From Phallusia mammillata (taxonomy: Eukaryota), in NCBI GenBank assembly GCA_965637545.1, contig OZ281500.1, positions 18,538,001-18,602,000 of the forward strand: a stretch of DNA of 64,000 bases, given 5' to 3'. The notes beneath the pieces are model-generated. The model worked only from the letters and a program-made list of their open reading frames with translations, searched no databases and was not told the origin of the DNA. Of the stretch, positions 22,781-36,889 are shown one piece after another (the stretch's first letter is position 1; each line of letters starts with the position of its first letter). The position numbers were made by a program, and so were the translations under genes.

Positions 22781-25700
22781 GGTTATCGACTATAGGTCCG
22801 CAAAATTGCTGGCAATTCTTTTTCGCTGGAATTCAGTTGGATTCAACAAGGCTCGGACCACGTTGTTTTCTCTAAGCCAGTTTATGTCCTGCGCTACTCA
22901 AGACTAATATTCGATGTTCGGTTCCACGGCCGAATGGCTCTGCTGCCTTGTGCTCCGATTTAAGTACATCCGTTTTTTGGCCTTTTTTCTGCCGAACAAA
23001 CGTTTTTTTTTCAGATTTTATTCAAAAGTCTGTTCCATTCACGATTTTTTCACTTCCTGAAACAAAACCGCGTTGAACATTTTCGTTTTTTAATATTCTG
23101 CTAAAAATATTTCAACAAATTTGTGCCTATATGCCGAACATAACTATAATTAGAATGACAGGAACGTTCGAGTGCAAAAAAATTAAGTTGTATGGAAGGA
23201 ACTTACCTCCAAAACCACATTTCATGTCGAGTATGTGTAAAGTTATGATTACGACTAGATTTTTTTATGAAACATCGAAGACGCCATGATACGCGAAAGT
23301 GCCACAAACTTTGGTAAATTCACCTTTTAACCAGGAACTACAAACTTAACTTAATCCCTACAAATATGCGCCATGTATCGAAAATTAAAGCTGTGGTTTT
23401 TACGGCATAACTGGCCAGTGTCTTTTGTTGGGTTCAAAACCGAATTTAAACTTTAACAAATTCCCCAAATCATTCTAATGATAGTTGTAATAAATTATTG
23501 ATAGGCTAATTAGTTGGTCTTTAAAATGCACTGTTTTTTTTGTTTCTCGAATTGAAATAGTGTACCGTGGATACTCTGTATTCTCTGTGTGTGTTATTTT
23601 TAAAACTTTATACAAACTAAACGCAACTTAGGTTATAGTTAGGCACGAAAAAAATACGCGTACACATCGACGGTTTAAAACTGAACGAAACCCTATAACT
23701 GAATTCAAGCCCTGAAGGTTTGCAATTTGCCTATATTTGTTGCTGTCATTACAAGTGCCATCAATCACATGTAGACCAACCGCAAACCTGGCCTTAAAAC
23801 CAGCAACAAATACAGCCCCGTGATGCGGCTACAACCTTAAAGAGTCGGTTACGACGAGATGCGAAAGGCGTTAAACGGTCATAACAAATCGATGCGTTTA
23901 CAAACTATGACAAGCAGAAGACCTCGGGCTTATCGCCAGCGCGATGTTACGATTTCACGGCTTCGTAGAAAGATACATGCTCTCATGGGATGTAAGGGCT
24001 CGGCATAAGTTGTGTTTTCCCACATGCACCTGGTTGATGAGGTTGGTCGATACGTGAAGGATGTTTTGGTGTTGTGTTACGGAAGTAATGCCAGGTTTAG
24101 CGTAAACAGCGGTTATGATCAAAATCGGCGGCAAATTTGTTTCGCAAGTCGCACGAGCTTGCTATCACTGAGATTTTGTGTGTGTTTTATCGCTTTTGTT
24201 GCTTATAGCTTCGTGTTTTAATTTATGACATTACCCTGATGAACGTGTTTCTTATGGCACGTCGAAACGCCCCCTTGTTATAAAACAAACTGCTGGAAGA
24301 GCTACATATTTGTAATGCATTATGCCTGGCAGCAACAGCTTAATTATTGTTTCGCAAGTCGTTGCCAACTTACAATGAAACCCAGCTTTCGATAAATTGT
24401 TCTTTACGTTTTCATGATTTTGATTTGATTCTATCACAAATAGCCTCAATCACCATCGGAAACAGGTCATATTAATGGTGCTGGTGACTTTTGTGAAAAA
24501 AAAAACTAGATACAAAAATTTATCTAAACCAAAATACCTTCGTTTTTGAGACAAGAACTGACAAAGACAACCGGATTTTTTTGTCTGAAAAGTTTCATTC
24601 CAAAGCCAAAATGAAATAAAATTGCATAAAAAAACACCCACAATTTTGCCCTTATCTCACGCACTTTATCTACAAGCTTTGAGAATGACAGAAATTGAAT
24701 CATTTTTTGATGGCAATCAGGTATGAGTGATGTTGACAAGTTAATGTAAAACACATCAAGGGTGAATTACGACCTAACTGCCCTTCTCTTTTCGCTCACT
24801 TCCCAACGGTTGCCTTCCCATTAAACCCTCGTTTGCTATGTGGTTTCTATTTTAGATTTTAAATAAAGTTTACAGCTTGTGGGAGCGATGTGATATCATA
24901 TTGGTAACTAACTGTTATGATTTTCTTCGATAATATTGATCTAAAAAATTCTTTTTTTACACTTTTCTGATACAAAACGTTTTTGTTTTATTGGTTTGTT
25001 TTATACGTTATAGAAAAAGTTAAGTACATTGTTAACCGTTGTAAACTTCATCTACGTCGAAATATTTGTAACATTTACAATTCTCATCGTCTCAGTCATC
25101 TTTTTAGCTTGGGATTCGTAACCTTCTCAATCGTTTTAGGCAAAGAGGCAAACAAACTAAATAAAAGCATTATATACAGTCTGGGTGGCGCATTTTCGCG
25201 AGAATAATGTACCATCTCGTATAAAAACGCTTACTTCTTATAGCTGAAATTAGCTGAAATTTACACATTTCTGTTATTTTTTTACAAAATTAACACGTTT
25301 TTGCTTGTTTGTCTGTTTCCCGGGATTCGGGAATGTAATTTTGCCGGGAAATCCCGGGAAGGAACCCTAAGTCGGATTGGACCCTAATATTACAGAAAAG
25401 AAACATATTCGACAAGTTGTCCAACACAAAATCAAATCATTTCATAATTTAGTTCTGACTAGATCCCAAGTTTAAAAGTAGCGACAAAATCTCGGTCTTC
25501 ACCTTGCTTAGCGAATCCCGTTTGTCGTGTTGTGGGTTCAGATATAGTAGATTGCATCATCAAAGCTAATGTGAAAATGATGATGCGGTGTTCGTTGCAC
25601 AAGGCTCCGGTGTTTGCGTATTGCGATGCAACTGTCACGAAAATCTACACCGAAAATTGGTCACGTTTCTCGAAATTGTGAAAATCTAGCTTAAATTACG

Positions 25701-28415
25701 TTCAACAATTCGCCATCATCGGCAAATTGTTTTCAACTTGCCTTAACGGCGCAATAATTGTACACAGGTATGTGAAACTTTCGACGCACTTTAAAAAATA
25801 AATAAAAATAAAATATTTATTCGTTCGTAACAACTACACTAAGCTTAATCAAACCTAGCAGAATTTTGTCTGGATACTTGCGACGCGATTAATGGTGATG
25901 CACTAAATCAGCTAAATTGGTTTTGGACCAAAACTAAATGCGTGGGTTTTTAAGATTTTGCATTGTTGCCAATCTGAAAATAAACTATTGATCTTTTGTC
26001 TGGAGTGAACCAAACCATAATGCTCAAAAACGTACTAGTTGAATAATGTTAGATATATTGCGCAGGTTGATAGATTCTCCAACATAATTAGAGAAAAATA
26101 CACGTCTGTGTTTGAAAGTTGCGTGCGTAAATTAATGTTTAAAAATCGCTGATTTGGGCCAATAAATTCGGTTGACAAAATCTTTGGTATGTCATGAAGT
26201 AATGCCACTTTTAAAGCTTGATGCTTATTCGCAACTTAACCACTTAATTATGGTGAACCCATTTCTCCTTTTGTTAATTCTCTTTATGTAATTGCGGAAA
26301 TCTTATTTTTTAGCTTGTCAGCAAAGTGGTACTGATTGTTTCCCAATAAAATATCATGCAAAATGCGTCTACTTATCTCTTTTATAACGTTGATCAGTGC
26401 GGTGCTGCGAAAGCGCATTTTTCCAACTAAAAAGTGGGCAGCCAGCAACCTTGCATCGCACGCCAGCATAATTATTGGGACAAACAAGATCCCATACCAG
26501 GGGGGATGAGGTTCGCGGTCTCCATGCAAACACGAAAAAAAAATACAAAATGGCGACAAAAACACTTTAGGCTTTCCGATTGATAAAAAAATATAACTTG
26601 ACCCAGAATGCGATACAAAAAGACGAGCACAGATACGAACCAAAAATTTTGAGATTTTTTTTTCACTTTTGTATTAAGCATCAGATTTAATGAAAAAAAC
26701 TAATTAGGCGGTAATAAAAAGGCCTTTCGGGCAATAACAGAAAACCAAACCTGAACTAACAAAATATGTATATTTCTCAAATTTGCAAAATAACGTGTCT
26801 CTCAAACCACACCATAGATTTAACATTGTTTTTGCCTGGCGTGGGCACTTTCTTCCCAACACAGAAGCTTTCAACTCACGTTTTCTCCGCACGCCATGTC
26901 CTTACCTCTAGCTTCACCAACACATGTGCAGACAGCCACTGGGCTTGCATAAGACAAGGTAATGATCACAGGGCCCCACTTGCGACGTTTGTGGCGGCTT
27001 TGCGACCGTTTAATAGCCAGCAATGCGCACCCACGCAACGCTATCAACACAACCAATGGGGAGTTTCTCATATTGTTTGTCGTGTCTGCTTGAGATTGTC
27101 AAAAGATGATTGCGCAGCGAAATATGGGTTTTGTGTGCAATAAACGGATGTTCGATTCTGCTGCGGTCTGAACGCTTTTAAGATAATCTTTGGCCTATTT
27201 TGCTCCCTTGCCATTGCCGTGTGTTGTCAAAGGTATAATTTTGAGCATAGCTTTATTAAATATTTAATGGAAAAGTTTTGCAAGCAAAGTTTTTTGGTCA
27301 TGTTTTTTTGATCAGTTTGTGTTTTATGGTCGAATGTAAAATTTTGTGTCAACGGTTTCAAAGATACCCTTATGAGTTTGGGGTTATTTAGAGTAAAAAT
27401 ACGATCTGCTTTTCTTCCTACTTATGGTATGGATTAGGGAACCACAAGTAAAGGCTTATGCATAGCTTCGTATTAAGCCGTGACTTGCAAAAAAATGTTT
27501 CTCACGGCAAAACGAATTGAATGTGGCAAGTTTTTAAAAGTACCAGAAAAAACAACAACGAAATAGCAAGAACAGAAATTTAACATTACAGCGAACAAGA
27601 TCTCATCGTAAAATCATGTATTTCACAAATGTATTTCCTCCTACGCTTGTTTATACATTATCAAAACAGTAAGATATTTCATCAGGTTAAGTTCTGAAAG
27701 TCACGAAATCCTATTAAGTTTATCTGCGTTCAAATCGCTATAGCGAAGAGAAAATCCCTGCAATTGTTTTGGTTACGGCCGAAATTTCACAGTAATTGAT
27801 TACCATAGGATTGTATAGTTAAGGTTCGTCGTGGACTCGACAACATTTTGCTTGCTCTCGTTAAGGAGAATTACTATTTTGTTTGCCTGGTGCATATTTC
27901 TTCCACGTGTAGCAACCCGTTGTGTTGTTGTTTGTACCGAGGCAAACCTTTCTCCACTGACGAGACTTGTTATTCGAGTTGTGCATGTAGCGCGCCAACA
28001 ATGCCTAGACATACTTTCTATTTTGAGAATCGGAATTTATTGCGGTCAGAACTCAGGAGGTGTGTCTATATTATACAATTTTTTTCCCACCAAGTGGTTT
28101 TCTATCGGCACAGTCGAAGTCACGTACGACGGTTAGCAATCAAATCGCATTTACCAACACATATTTTTTTTGACTCAAGGTTTTATGGGTTCATACTCAC
28201 CACTTCATGGCTTTGTTGTGCTGAAAAGCTAAATGTAGGCCTATAATATGACTTAGGTTATTTGCAATTCTGAAACTGGCAATAGACGAATATTTTGTTG
28301 TCGATTGGGTGAGACTCCTTTGCACAAAAATATGTGATAGTTTGACAGGGAGTAAATGAGAAAACGTGAAGCAGTTAAACGGCGGGCTTAAAGCTACAAA
28401 ATATAGCGTGTATAT

Positions 28416-28919
28416 TAGGGTTACCAGACGTAAGGAATGTTCCTGACATGTCCGTAATTCAAGCGTAAAAACTGTGTCCGGAAGTAATTTTCAAAAACAC
28501 GGTTAATGTCCAGAATTTTAACGCCATGTAGCTTAACCTACAGTGGTTTACAGAATTATTTTTATAGGGACTAAAGGTTGACATTATAAGTGTTGTCTGT
28601 GCTCATTTTGATGCACAATGCTTCCTACCGCGTACTTTGATGCTAAACTACGCATCTTGAAAGCTAACAATATTCTGTTAAAAAAGACCGGATCTTGTAA
28701 AACTTTCGGTTTTGTTACTTGATTAGAAACAAACCTGCGCTTTTTATCTTTGTATTAGTAACGACATTTTATTAAAAATGGCACTGTTTGGGTTGGTAAC
28801 GGGTAACAACATGCTATATGAAGCGTTGTAACGGAACTTTGGTGTCGCCAAGCATAGCTCTAATAACTATAGTTATTGAAACCGTACAGAATTCTGCCTA
28901 CGCAGATATGGTAACCATA
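28416..28919. mobile_element. hAT MITE with TAGGGTTACCA termini (504 bp)
   Basis: TAGGGTTACCAG ... ATGGTAACCATA; TSD GTGTATAT/GTGTATAC (7/8). Confidence 0.75.
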
Positions 28920-31900
28920 GTGTATACCAGTATGAGTGATAAAGCATTTACATGTCGTTTTGTGTGGTGCCGTTAACTTTGGGACATAGATTAACCAAAC
29001 GTGGCGCAATTTGTATTCGTATTATTACAGAAAACAACACATTCACAAAATAACGCGGAAATGGTAACGAAAATAACAGCGTCCACACGGGTTTACACAG
29101 ATGCTTTGGAAGAAAATTCCGATGGAAAAACATTGAACGGACAGACGCCAAAATCTTTAGACAGATAATACTTTTTGTAGTTTTACATTGCTGATGTTTG
29201 CAAACAGCAGAATCTTTCGTTTGTAAACTGCTTCTGTAAATTACCAGTATTTTTTTTAAATGTGTTTTACGTATAAAACAAGACCTTACTCCAAAGCTAC
29301 CTTTTGCACTTTAAGTGGATAACTTTGTCTAAGTATTTCTAAATAAGTTTCGGAATTTTATGTTGTTACACCGGTCGGAGTGCATAGTGCTGTGACAATG
29401 CCTTTTAAACTTGCTATCTCAAGGCGGGTAAACCACTCGGTCATTTTGACGTGACGGTTGCATATGATTTGATCTCGTTTGCCAACTTGTGACCGTTTTG
29501 CCGAATTGTTAATTTTCAAAAAAAAAACAGATTTATTATTTTTCAATTAAAACATCACAATTTTTTAATTGGTGATTTTTTTAAGTTTATGCACAATCTC
29601 TTCAAAACACGATGCCTGAAATTACAGCACTAAAATTCCAATGGCTAAAACATCGTATTGAATGCGTGTACACAAATTACGTAGTCTAAAAACATGTTAT
29701 ATACCCACATCGAAAAGGACCCCAAAAACATAAATGTACACAAATAGACGCGAATTTTTCTTACAGCTTTCTGAGAATTATTGACAGTTCGGGATGGTAC
29801 CAGATTACCAGCAATTTCGCAAACTCTAATCAATTATCTTCGCTAAAGGCGCGAAAAGAAAAAGAAGATGTTTTCAGGCAAACCTAAATGTAAACTTTTT
29901 GACCATGACAATCGGCCACATGCCCGCGGAGTCAGTTTTACGCGATTGGGTCAACAAGATAAACTTCATTTTGTTCAGGTTCTAGGGTCAAAAGGTGTTA
30001 TAACGTCAACCAGGGCTGAAGCGTATCAGAGCAGATGGACGTGTGGAGATTATAGTGTCACAGTGGGCCTAAAAATGTGGCAGTTTACGTGGTGAAATCA
30101 CCTTGGTGTTTGGTTTTCGCTTCATAGATAGTCGCGCCTGGTTAGTAGATTTGCTTAGGGGATTTTGTAATGTTTTGTGATGCAATATTACGGTAATGAT
30201 GAGCTAAATTCACGTCGCCGGTATGGTGGGTGGCCCATCAGGGACCAAATAAGGGGACTTGTGTTTGTTAGAGAATGTTGTTTGCCAGGAATTATTTGCC
30301 GGATTAAGAACCAATATCTTTGCGAATGCTTGTTAAATCGGAATGATTGCAAACGTATATTAACCGTTTTGTATGGTTTGAAAGTTCAGAACTAGTAGGT
30401 TGTATGGCCGGTTCCTTTAGGGCTGGTGATTTTTAATCTGAGGGTCGCGACCCATTTGGGAGTCGTTTGCCATTTTTCTGGGACCTCGAGGGCTTAAAAT
30501 AAATGATACAAAAATGAAATATCCCCTGGTATTTAAAAAGTAAAACGTTTATAAGCAATAAAACGAGACTTTAACTTGGAATCTACTTAGAGTAATGTTT
30601 CGGTTATTTCTGTCCTAACCAATGACTATTGGACCTCAACACCGAAAGGACTTGCTAACATCCTTTTCCAAATATGGTTCGCAGGATAAAAAAAATTAAA
30701 ACCACTGCTTCGTCACAACAAAAAAATGTGTAAGCGAAACTTAAAAGTGTTGATCATAGTCAAATAAATTATACGTTACCGTCGTTTGGACATGATTGTG
30801 GTTTGTTGGAAATGATGGCGATCTATCAGTAAGTTTGCCTGAAACGCTCAAAGTCCCTTTAATTACTTCTCAAAACGATGTTCGACAGTTTAAGCACTTT
30901 TAAAATTGTGCGTGAAATCGCGTCGTATTGAAATTGTATTTGCGTGAATTTCTCCTCAAATCCGCTTCAAATTTCATGGCTTTAACTGCACATTATCTAG
31001 AAGGGATTTGACTTCTATCAGATGGATCGTCAGTCCATTTGTACCCACTATAGCAGGTGTGATTGGTGCGATTACGAAAATGAGTGACCGGTTCCAATGA
31101 CTTTCTTATAGCCAACCGCACGTGTTTGTCACCTTTATAAGTGTTAGAGCTATTAACATTAGAACTTACAACAGACAAAGTTTGCTAAATGCTGATAGAT
31201 GTCGTAGTTTATTTATTTGTTATATTTTTCTTATCGTTGGCGAGCAATCCTGAATGCGTTATGATCACAATAGCCTCCTATTTGATTGCGTTCTGTGGAT
31301 CTGTAGTTGATTTGATTCAGCCGTGTAATTTGTATGAAGTTGGTGACATTTTTGTTCCTGGGTTTAAGCAATGTCCTTGCTGCACAAGTGACCGAGGCAG
31401 GTTTAGAACTTACAACCTTATGAGCACAAACCGAGTAAGAGTAAGCTAAGCACTCGACGATCTTAGCTGTTCTTAACTCGGTACAAATAAACACCCGGTT
31501 CGTATTGGTATTGACACGTGTATTTGAACATATATTGCATGCGACATTTACGTAACAATGAAGACGGCCTAGGAGGCGCACCTATAGAACAAATGTTTAT
31601 ACAAACTGACAAACGTAAATACAATTTCGATTTTCAATTTAAACCGCATGATTTATTGCAAAAACAAGTTTGTTGGTAAAAACAAGAGTTGCAGTGACTA
31701 AACCACCGTATTGCTTAGTAATCAAGCGGTTTAGATGAACACTTTTGAAATTTAAATCCAGACCGAATAAAAACGTTTAAAACTTCAGAAAAACAAAATT
31801 AAAATAAATAAATGCAATTAAAGCCATGTTTGATTTGCGCACAAGCAAAGGAACCGCAATCCAACTGCAATGCTTGAAGTTTGAAACAAACGACGTTTCT

Positions 31901-32012
31901 TCGTAAGTCGGTTAAAGTTTTGACTTCCGTTTTTTTCTGTTTTTCTTTCAGCAGTGTGCATAGTGAAGGTTAGGGTGTTTGGTGCATGAGCTTGTGCGTA
32001 TCGTTTAATCGG

Positions 32013-35000
32013 TCACGCATCGGCGACTTCTGGATTTTGGTCGTCTTCATTTTGGGGTTGGTCCTCTTCTGCCACTGGTTGCTGCAAATGTTTGCAAAAA
32101 TGAAAGTTTTTTTTTGATAAAGCTTTGCTGCTTTTAAAAAAAAATACATCAGTGTTTAAAGTAAAAAACTTATTGAAATTGGAACATTTTCATGCAAATT
32201 TTCATGCATAGTCAAATATTATATAAATGATATCTATAAATTACGTGATCTACATACATCCGAGCTCTTTAAAAGCTTTGATCATGATCGAGTTATAATG
32301 TACGACATGAAATGTTATACTTATTTTTGGCAAAAATGGATTAACTGCCAAAACCGTCGTCTTGTCAGGATTTGTAGAATTAACTTTAGTTTTTAAATAT
32401 CGCGATGTCAGATAAACACATTCTGTGGTTGGTCGATGCGCGTCACGTGATCTACCTGCTCCGGTGCGTCATCACCATCTTCCACTTCCCGCAAATCCTC
32501 TGCATCGTCGACATAATCTGCTCCAGCACCATCCTCCGGACTTTCTTCCACTCTTGCTCCGTTGCTCTCAGTGTTGTATCCTTCGTCGTCGAACACGATT
32601 TCTTCTGGATCCGGAGCACGAGGGAGGAATTCGTCGTCGGGACAAATTCTCTCGAATAATTCTCTCGCCTGGAAAGGTCAATGCGTTACATGCGACAACA
32701 GCAACTAGGACTAGTAACGTTTCGACTTTTTTAAACTGACAATATGGTGGTACAGGCTCATGAGAGTGTCCGATGTAATTTTATCGTGATAATGCCATTG
32801 ACTTCATCATTTTTCATTGCCTACTAAATACAGCCATTTATCTTGATCATGGTGAGGAGTGAGATGTAATTACCAATAAATTTTATTTTTTAACGATTGA
32901 ATTATAGTGAAACCTGCTGGAATCGTCTAGTAAATTAAATCTCAAGGCTATATAAGATGAAGATGGACATACATTCATAAATGTGGTCATCCCTGAAGCG
33001 TTCATGCAGGCCAGCGACCACAGCCCACTAAAATTATAAATAGCACGCCAGGCCGAATAAAGACGTTGGACCGAATGAACCTGGTGCAATTCGCCCATGC
33101 GTACTAAGATTTATTGAAACTTTGGATTTCATTTCAAAACTCGCCTCTTCCATAGTTTTGTCGAATCCCAATTCCATTCCTGGGCCGCGCGCTACATACA
33201 AGTTGCTAGGTAACGCATCACGTGTCACACCGTCTTCCATCATGTCGAAGTAGGAAGACCAAAGAATGTGAGGTTTGGCGTCGTCAGTCGACTCTGCGTC
33301 GCCACCCTGTGGAACTTATGCACAAAATAACGTTTGCATTATCAAGGTCTGTAATCAAGTTGTGCTAATAGAACAAAATAAAAAAAATCGTACAAAGTCA
33401 ATAAATACACAATAAATCTAGTATTTTTACCTTCAGCATCTGCATGTCCTGCAAAAAGTATCTGCTCCACCTCTTTGAACTTCTCTCTCGGATTACAAAC
33501 CTGGTTATCATTGTTTGGGGCTGATGACAGCAAAGCGTGAACCAGATCTGCGAATTAAAAACGTGAATTGGTCAAATATAGTTTAAGCATCCTTTAATAT
33601 TCGAATAATCTGTTACTCACGATATTTGGAAGGACAAACGCAGCATTGTGGACCTGCCTCGATAACACGAACAGAACCTCTGCTGCCATCTGGAGGAAGT
33701 GTGATCAGCGAAACCTGTTCAAATACAACGTAAGATCCTTATTCTAAAATCAAACAGGGAAAGGATGGTGTCAGGGACCATGTCTTTTCGAGTTTGTATA
33801 TTTATGAAATCCAAACAGTCAATATTTTTTGTGTTTCTGTAAAATACTTACGTGCTCTTTGTCCGAAGCAAGAACAGACTTGTCTGTGACGTAGACCGCA
33901 CGTGACACGCTGCTGGCAAATTCACAACGATACGAGTCGGGAACGTTGCTCTCATCCACTATCAAGTGTTTGCATTTGATCTTCTGACCTGTCAAAAAAT
34001 AAAAATGCAAGAATCTACCGTGTCTTAGCCTAGGTAAACAATGCAAACATCATGATTTAGTTTAGTGTGTTATGCACTTTTCCTCTTACCTTGTGAATCA
34101 ATGATTGCTGTGCATTTTCCACTTTCTGTGTTCAAGACAAGGCCCACAGCATTTCGTCGCAAGCAGAAAGTTCCTCCAAAAACAGCACTTAACCTTGGAT
34201 CAAACAACGCAAAGAAATAAAAAACTTGTCCAATAACAAGTTAAACTCGAAAATGCTTTGTCCAAGAATAGGGCACAGATATCATTCTTGAAGGTGATGA
34301 AACTTTTTTTAAATTTTAAAATCTATTAGTCCACAGTACAAGGATAAAAAACAGGATACTTTGTACCATGTAGTTAACTTGTCTCAGATTATATCAACAA
34401 TGAATTCAAGCTAAGATATACAGCTAACCTGGAAAATGCCTGAGGCAATTCACCAACACCATACATAGGCCACAGAAATGCACTGTTGCCATAGCGACCA
34501 AGGCTCTGAAGAAACTTCTTAGTAGCTTTTAACCCTTCAATAGTGGTGCTTGTCTCTTTAACCATGGCAATTGAATGCAGAATAAATTGTTGAGCTTTCT
34601 CGCTGAGCCTCTTGGAACAAAGAAACTCAAGAAAAAGTCTGTCTTCAAACTCTACACACAAAAAAAGCATTTAAACTTGATGTAAAGCATAAGAATTATA
34701 GCCTAATATATAAGGAAATGTATGACCAAAAATGGCTACCTTGCCATATGGGTATGTTTGGGAGACCAGCTGATTCAGTATGATGCCTTTAATAGGTCTG
34801 GTGTACTACGATTCAAAAAAAGCTACATAAGAAAGTCAATAATACCTTCATACTCTTCAGGGTGGGCTTCATAATTTGCACATAGTGTGAGAACGCGCAT
34901 AAGAATCCTTTTTTCAATGACAGTTACAAACCTACAAAAAACAAATATCTGTCAACACCCAATTAATTATCCTTTAACATAAAATCATAAATTTTTACTT

Positions 35001-36511
35001 GCTGCTAAAAACATCTGCTCTGGAGCAAGGAACAGGTTGCAGATGGTCTTGGCCTGATAACAGTGTAAGAGTTCTTGAAACATTGCGAAACTCCAAATAT
35101 CTCGAAACATTGGATTGTATAAGCAACTCCACCAGTTTTCCACGAGAAAACATAACCTGATAAACAGGACAGTTCATTGCTTTGTCAACTGCTGGTTTAA
35201 TTATGTGCCTGTGTAGTTTCATCTAATTTTATCCAATTTGTCTGTGTAGTTGTTGAACCAAGTATTGCCTACATGCCGACAAAGAAAGATGCTATTCCCA
35301 ATTAATTATAAAGGAAAAAAACTTTTGTTTAATTTAATGTCTAATTTGCGTATCTGGCCACCATTTCAAGTTGACATGTATCTTACCTTAGGTGCAAGGT
35401 CAACGTTAAACCTTCTCCATTGGTCATAAAATTCATCAAATGATGGAAATTTGTAAGTTTGTTTTACTTCATCCTTCATAGCCACAGGAGATGGGGGTTC
35501 TTCTGTTTTAGTTTCTGCATCATTATCGCCTACATTTTCCCCACAACTTTTATTGTCATCCTCTGTGACTTCAGCAACAGGCAAAGATTCATTTGTTTCT
35601 ATTGTTTCAGCATTAGGCTTTGGAGCAGAATTATCAGGGATTTTAGTTGGTAAACTTTGGTCTTCTTGACTACCAGTGGTGTCATCATTATCAGATGTGG
35701 GCTTTGGTGAAGGAACTTGATTTTGCTCTACATCTTTAGGTGATGCTGTTGTTACTTTATTTTTCCTAGATGCAACAAACAATCAAATACAAATCCCAAT
35801 TTTTTCACAAAATTAAAATATTTCTTAAAAAATGTAAACTTGATGATTCTGGACATTACAATTGCATGGGTAAAAATGTTAACAGAATGAGAATTCAACA
35901 AGTACATTTACCTCAAGTTACAGATAAGGGAACCTTCTTTAATAAGCTGCCTTTGACTAGAAACAGGAATAAAAGTTTCATCCTCAGTAACTAAAGCTAC
36001 TGGATCAAATTCTGACAAATAAAATCCAATAAAAATTTTAATGCACTTTAGACTTTAGTATTTATAAATTCTGTATATTTACCTTTTCTATTTATTTCCA
36101 CAATTCCTCCAGAAGCAATAAACTCATCAAAATCTTTTATGTTAAAAGAAGCCCAGTTGCCTCCATAAAATTTGTTTTGGTCAATGTGCAAAACAGACTT
36201 TCCGATTCTGGAAAAAGCTCCTGACAGAACAGACTCTGTTAAACCTGGACGAAAAACAGTCAGATTAGAAAATTTCAAGTTGACCAAAATAGATAATCTA
36301 ATGTGTAACAATTGGTGTGATGCTAGCACAACTGTCTCAGGTTAGACCAGCAAAAAATTTAAGGTAAGTTTGCAGCTGAAAACATAATGTGGTGTGCAAA
36401 AGTTGGTGTATTGCAAAAACTAATGACAGTTTAAACAACGCTTAGACGGTAAAAATACATACCAGTTCCAATCAAAATAATGTCAAACTCTTCAGGCAAG
36501 GGCTCCTCCAT
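32013..36511 (-). CDS. CHM: Rab proteins geranylgeranyltransferase component A (Rab escort protein 1, choroideremia), ~686 aa
   Basis: Exons 36463-36511, 36083-36244, 35912-36011, 35387-35765, 34999-35156, 34846-34931, 34429-34651, 34090-34193, 33852-33988, 33621-33714, 33431-33547, 33145-33314, 32456-32668, 32013-32081. Motifs [91 protein letters not shown]; acidic insert typical of REP rather than GDI. Confidence 0.92.
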
Positions 36512-36889
36512 CTATGTTGTTTCGGTTTTTATCTCGAAATATTCAAGAACTAATGCTAAAGTTAAAAACAAAAACTGCTTTTGTTTGTCTGATCTGACAG
36601 ATGTGAGAAAATCCCCTTGGGGCTTTTTTCCGTATAAAATAACACAAACGAATTACCACCATTACACAGAAGTTATTAGAACTTCTAATTATATGAAATG
36701 TTCTGACGGGGAATATTGTTTATTTTGTGTTGAACTCAACATTAGTTTATTTATGATGTCCAAAATAGGACAGCAAACTTGATTTTACATTTTCCGTAGT
36801 TTTAACGACAGCACAGCGGATTTCTTCGTAGGTTTGGGTTTTTTCAACAAGGGCCGCTCTGCTTTGACTTACAGTACGAAAGTGTGCAA
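36512..36889. promoter_or_regulatory. Probable bidirectional promoter / 5' UTRs shared by CHM and NAE1
   Basis: Divergent start codons only 378 bp apart (CHM ATG at 36511 on -, NAE1 ATG at 36890 on +). Confidence 0.6.

Noticed and set aside
24236-24275. CTGATGA-ACGTG..CACGT-C-GAAAC hammerhead-like core
   Set aside because: Lacks the G10.1-C11.1 closing pair and has no credible stem III, NUH site or stem I; at best a decayed Penelope-type remnant.
25316-25369. CGGGA repeats ending in AACCCTA (hAT right end)
   Set aside because: No left terminus or TSD located.
30422-30707. MER5/Charlie-like MITE
   Set aside because: Left TIR too decayed and no TSD match; boundaries cannot be supported.
31159-31416. 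Duplicated 14-mer TTAGAACTTACAAC (31159, 31403) resembling repeated minus-strand donors
   Set aside because: Flanks are not homologous and no exon chain could be built.
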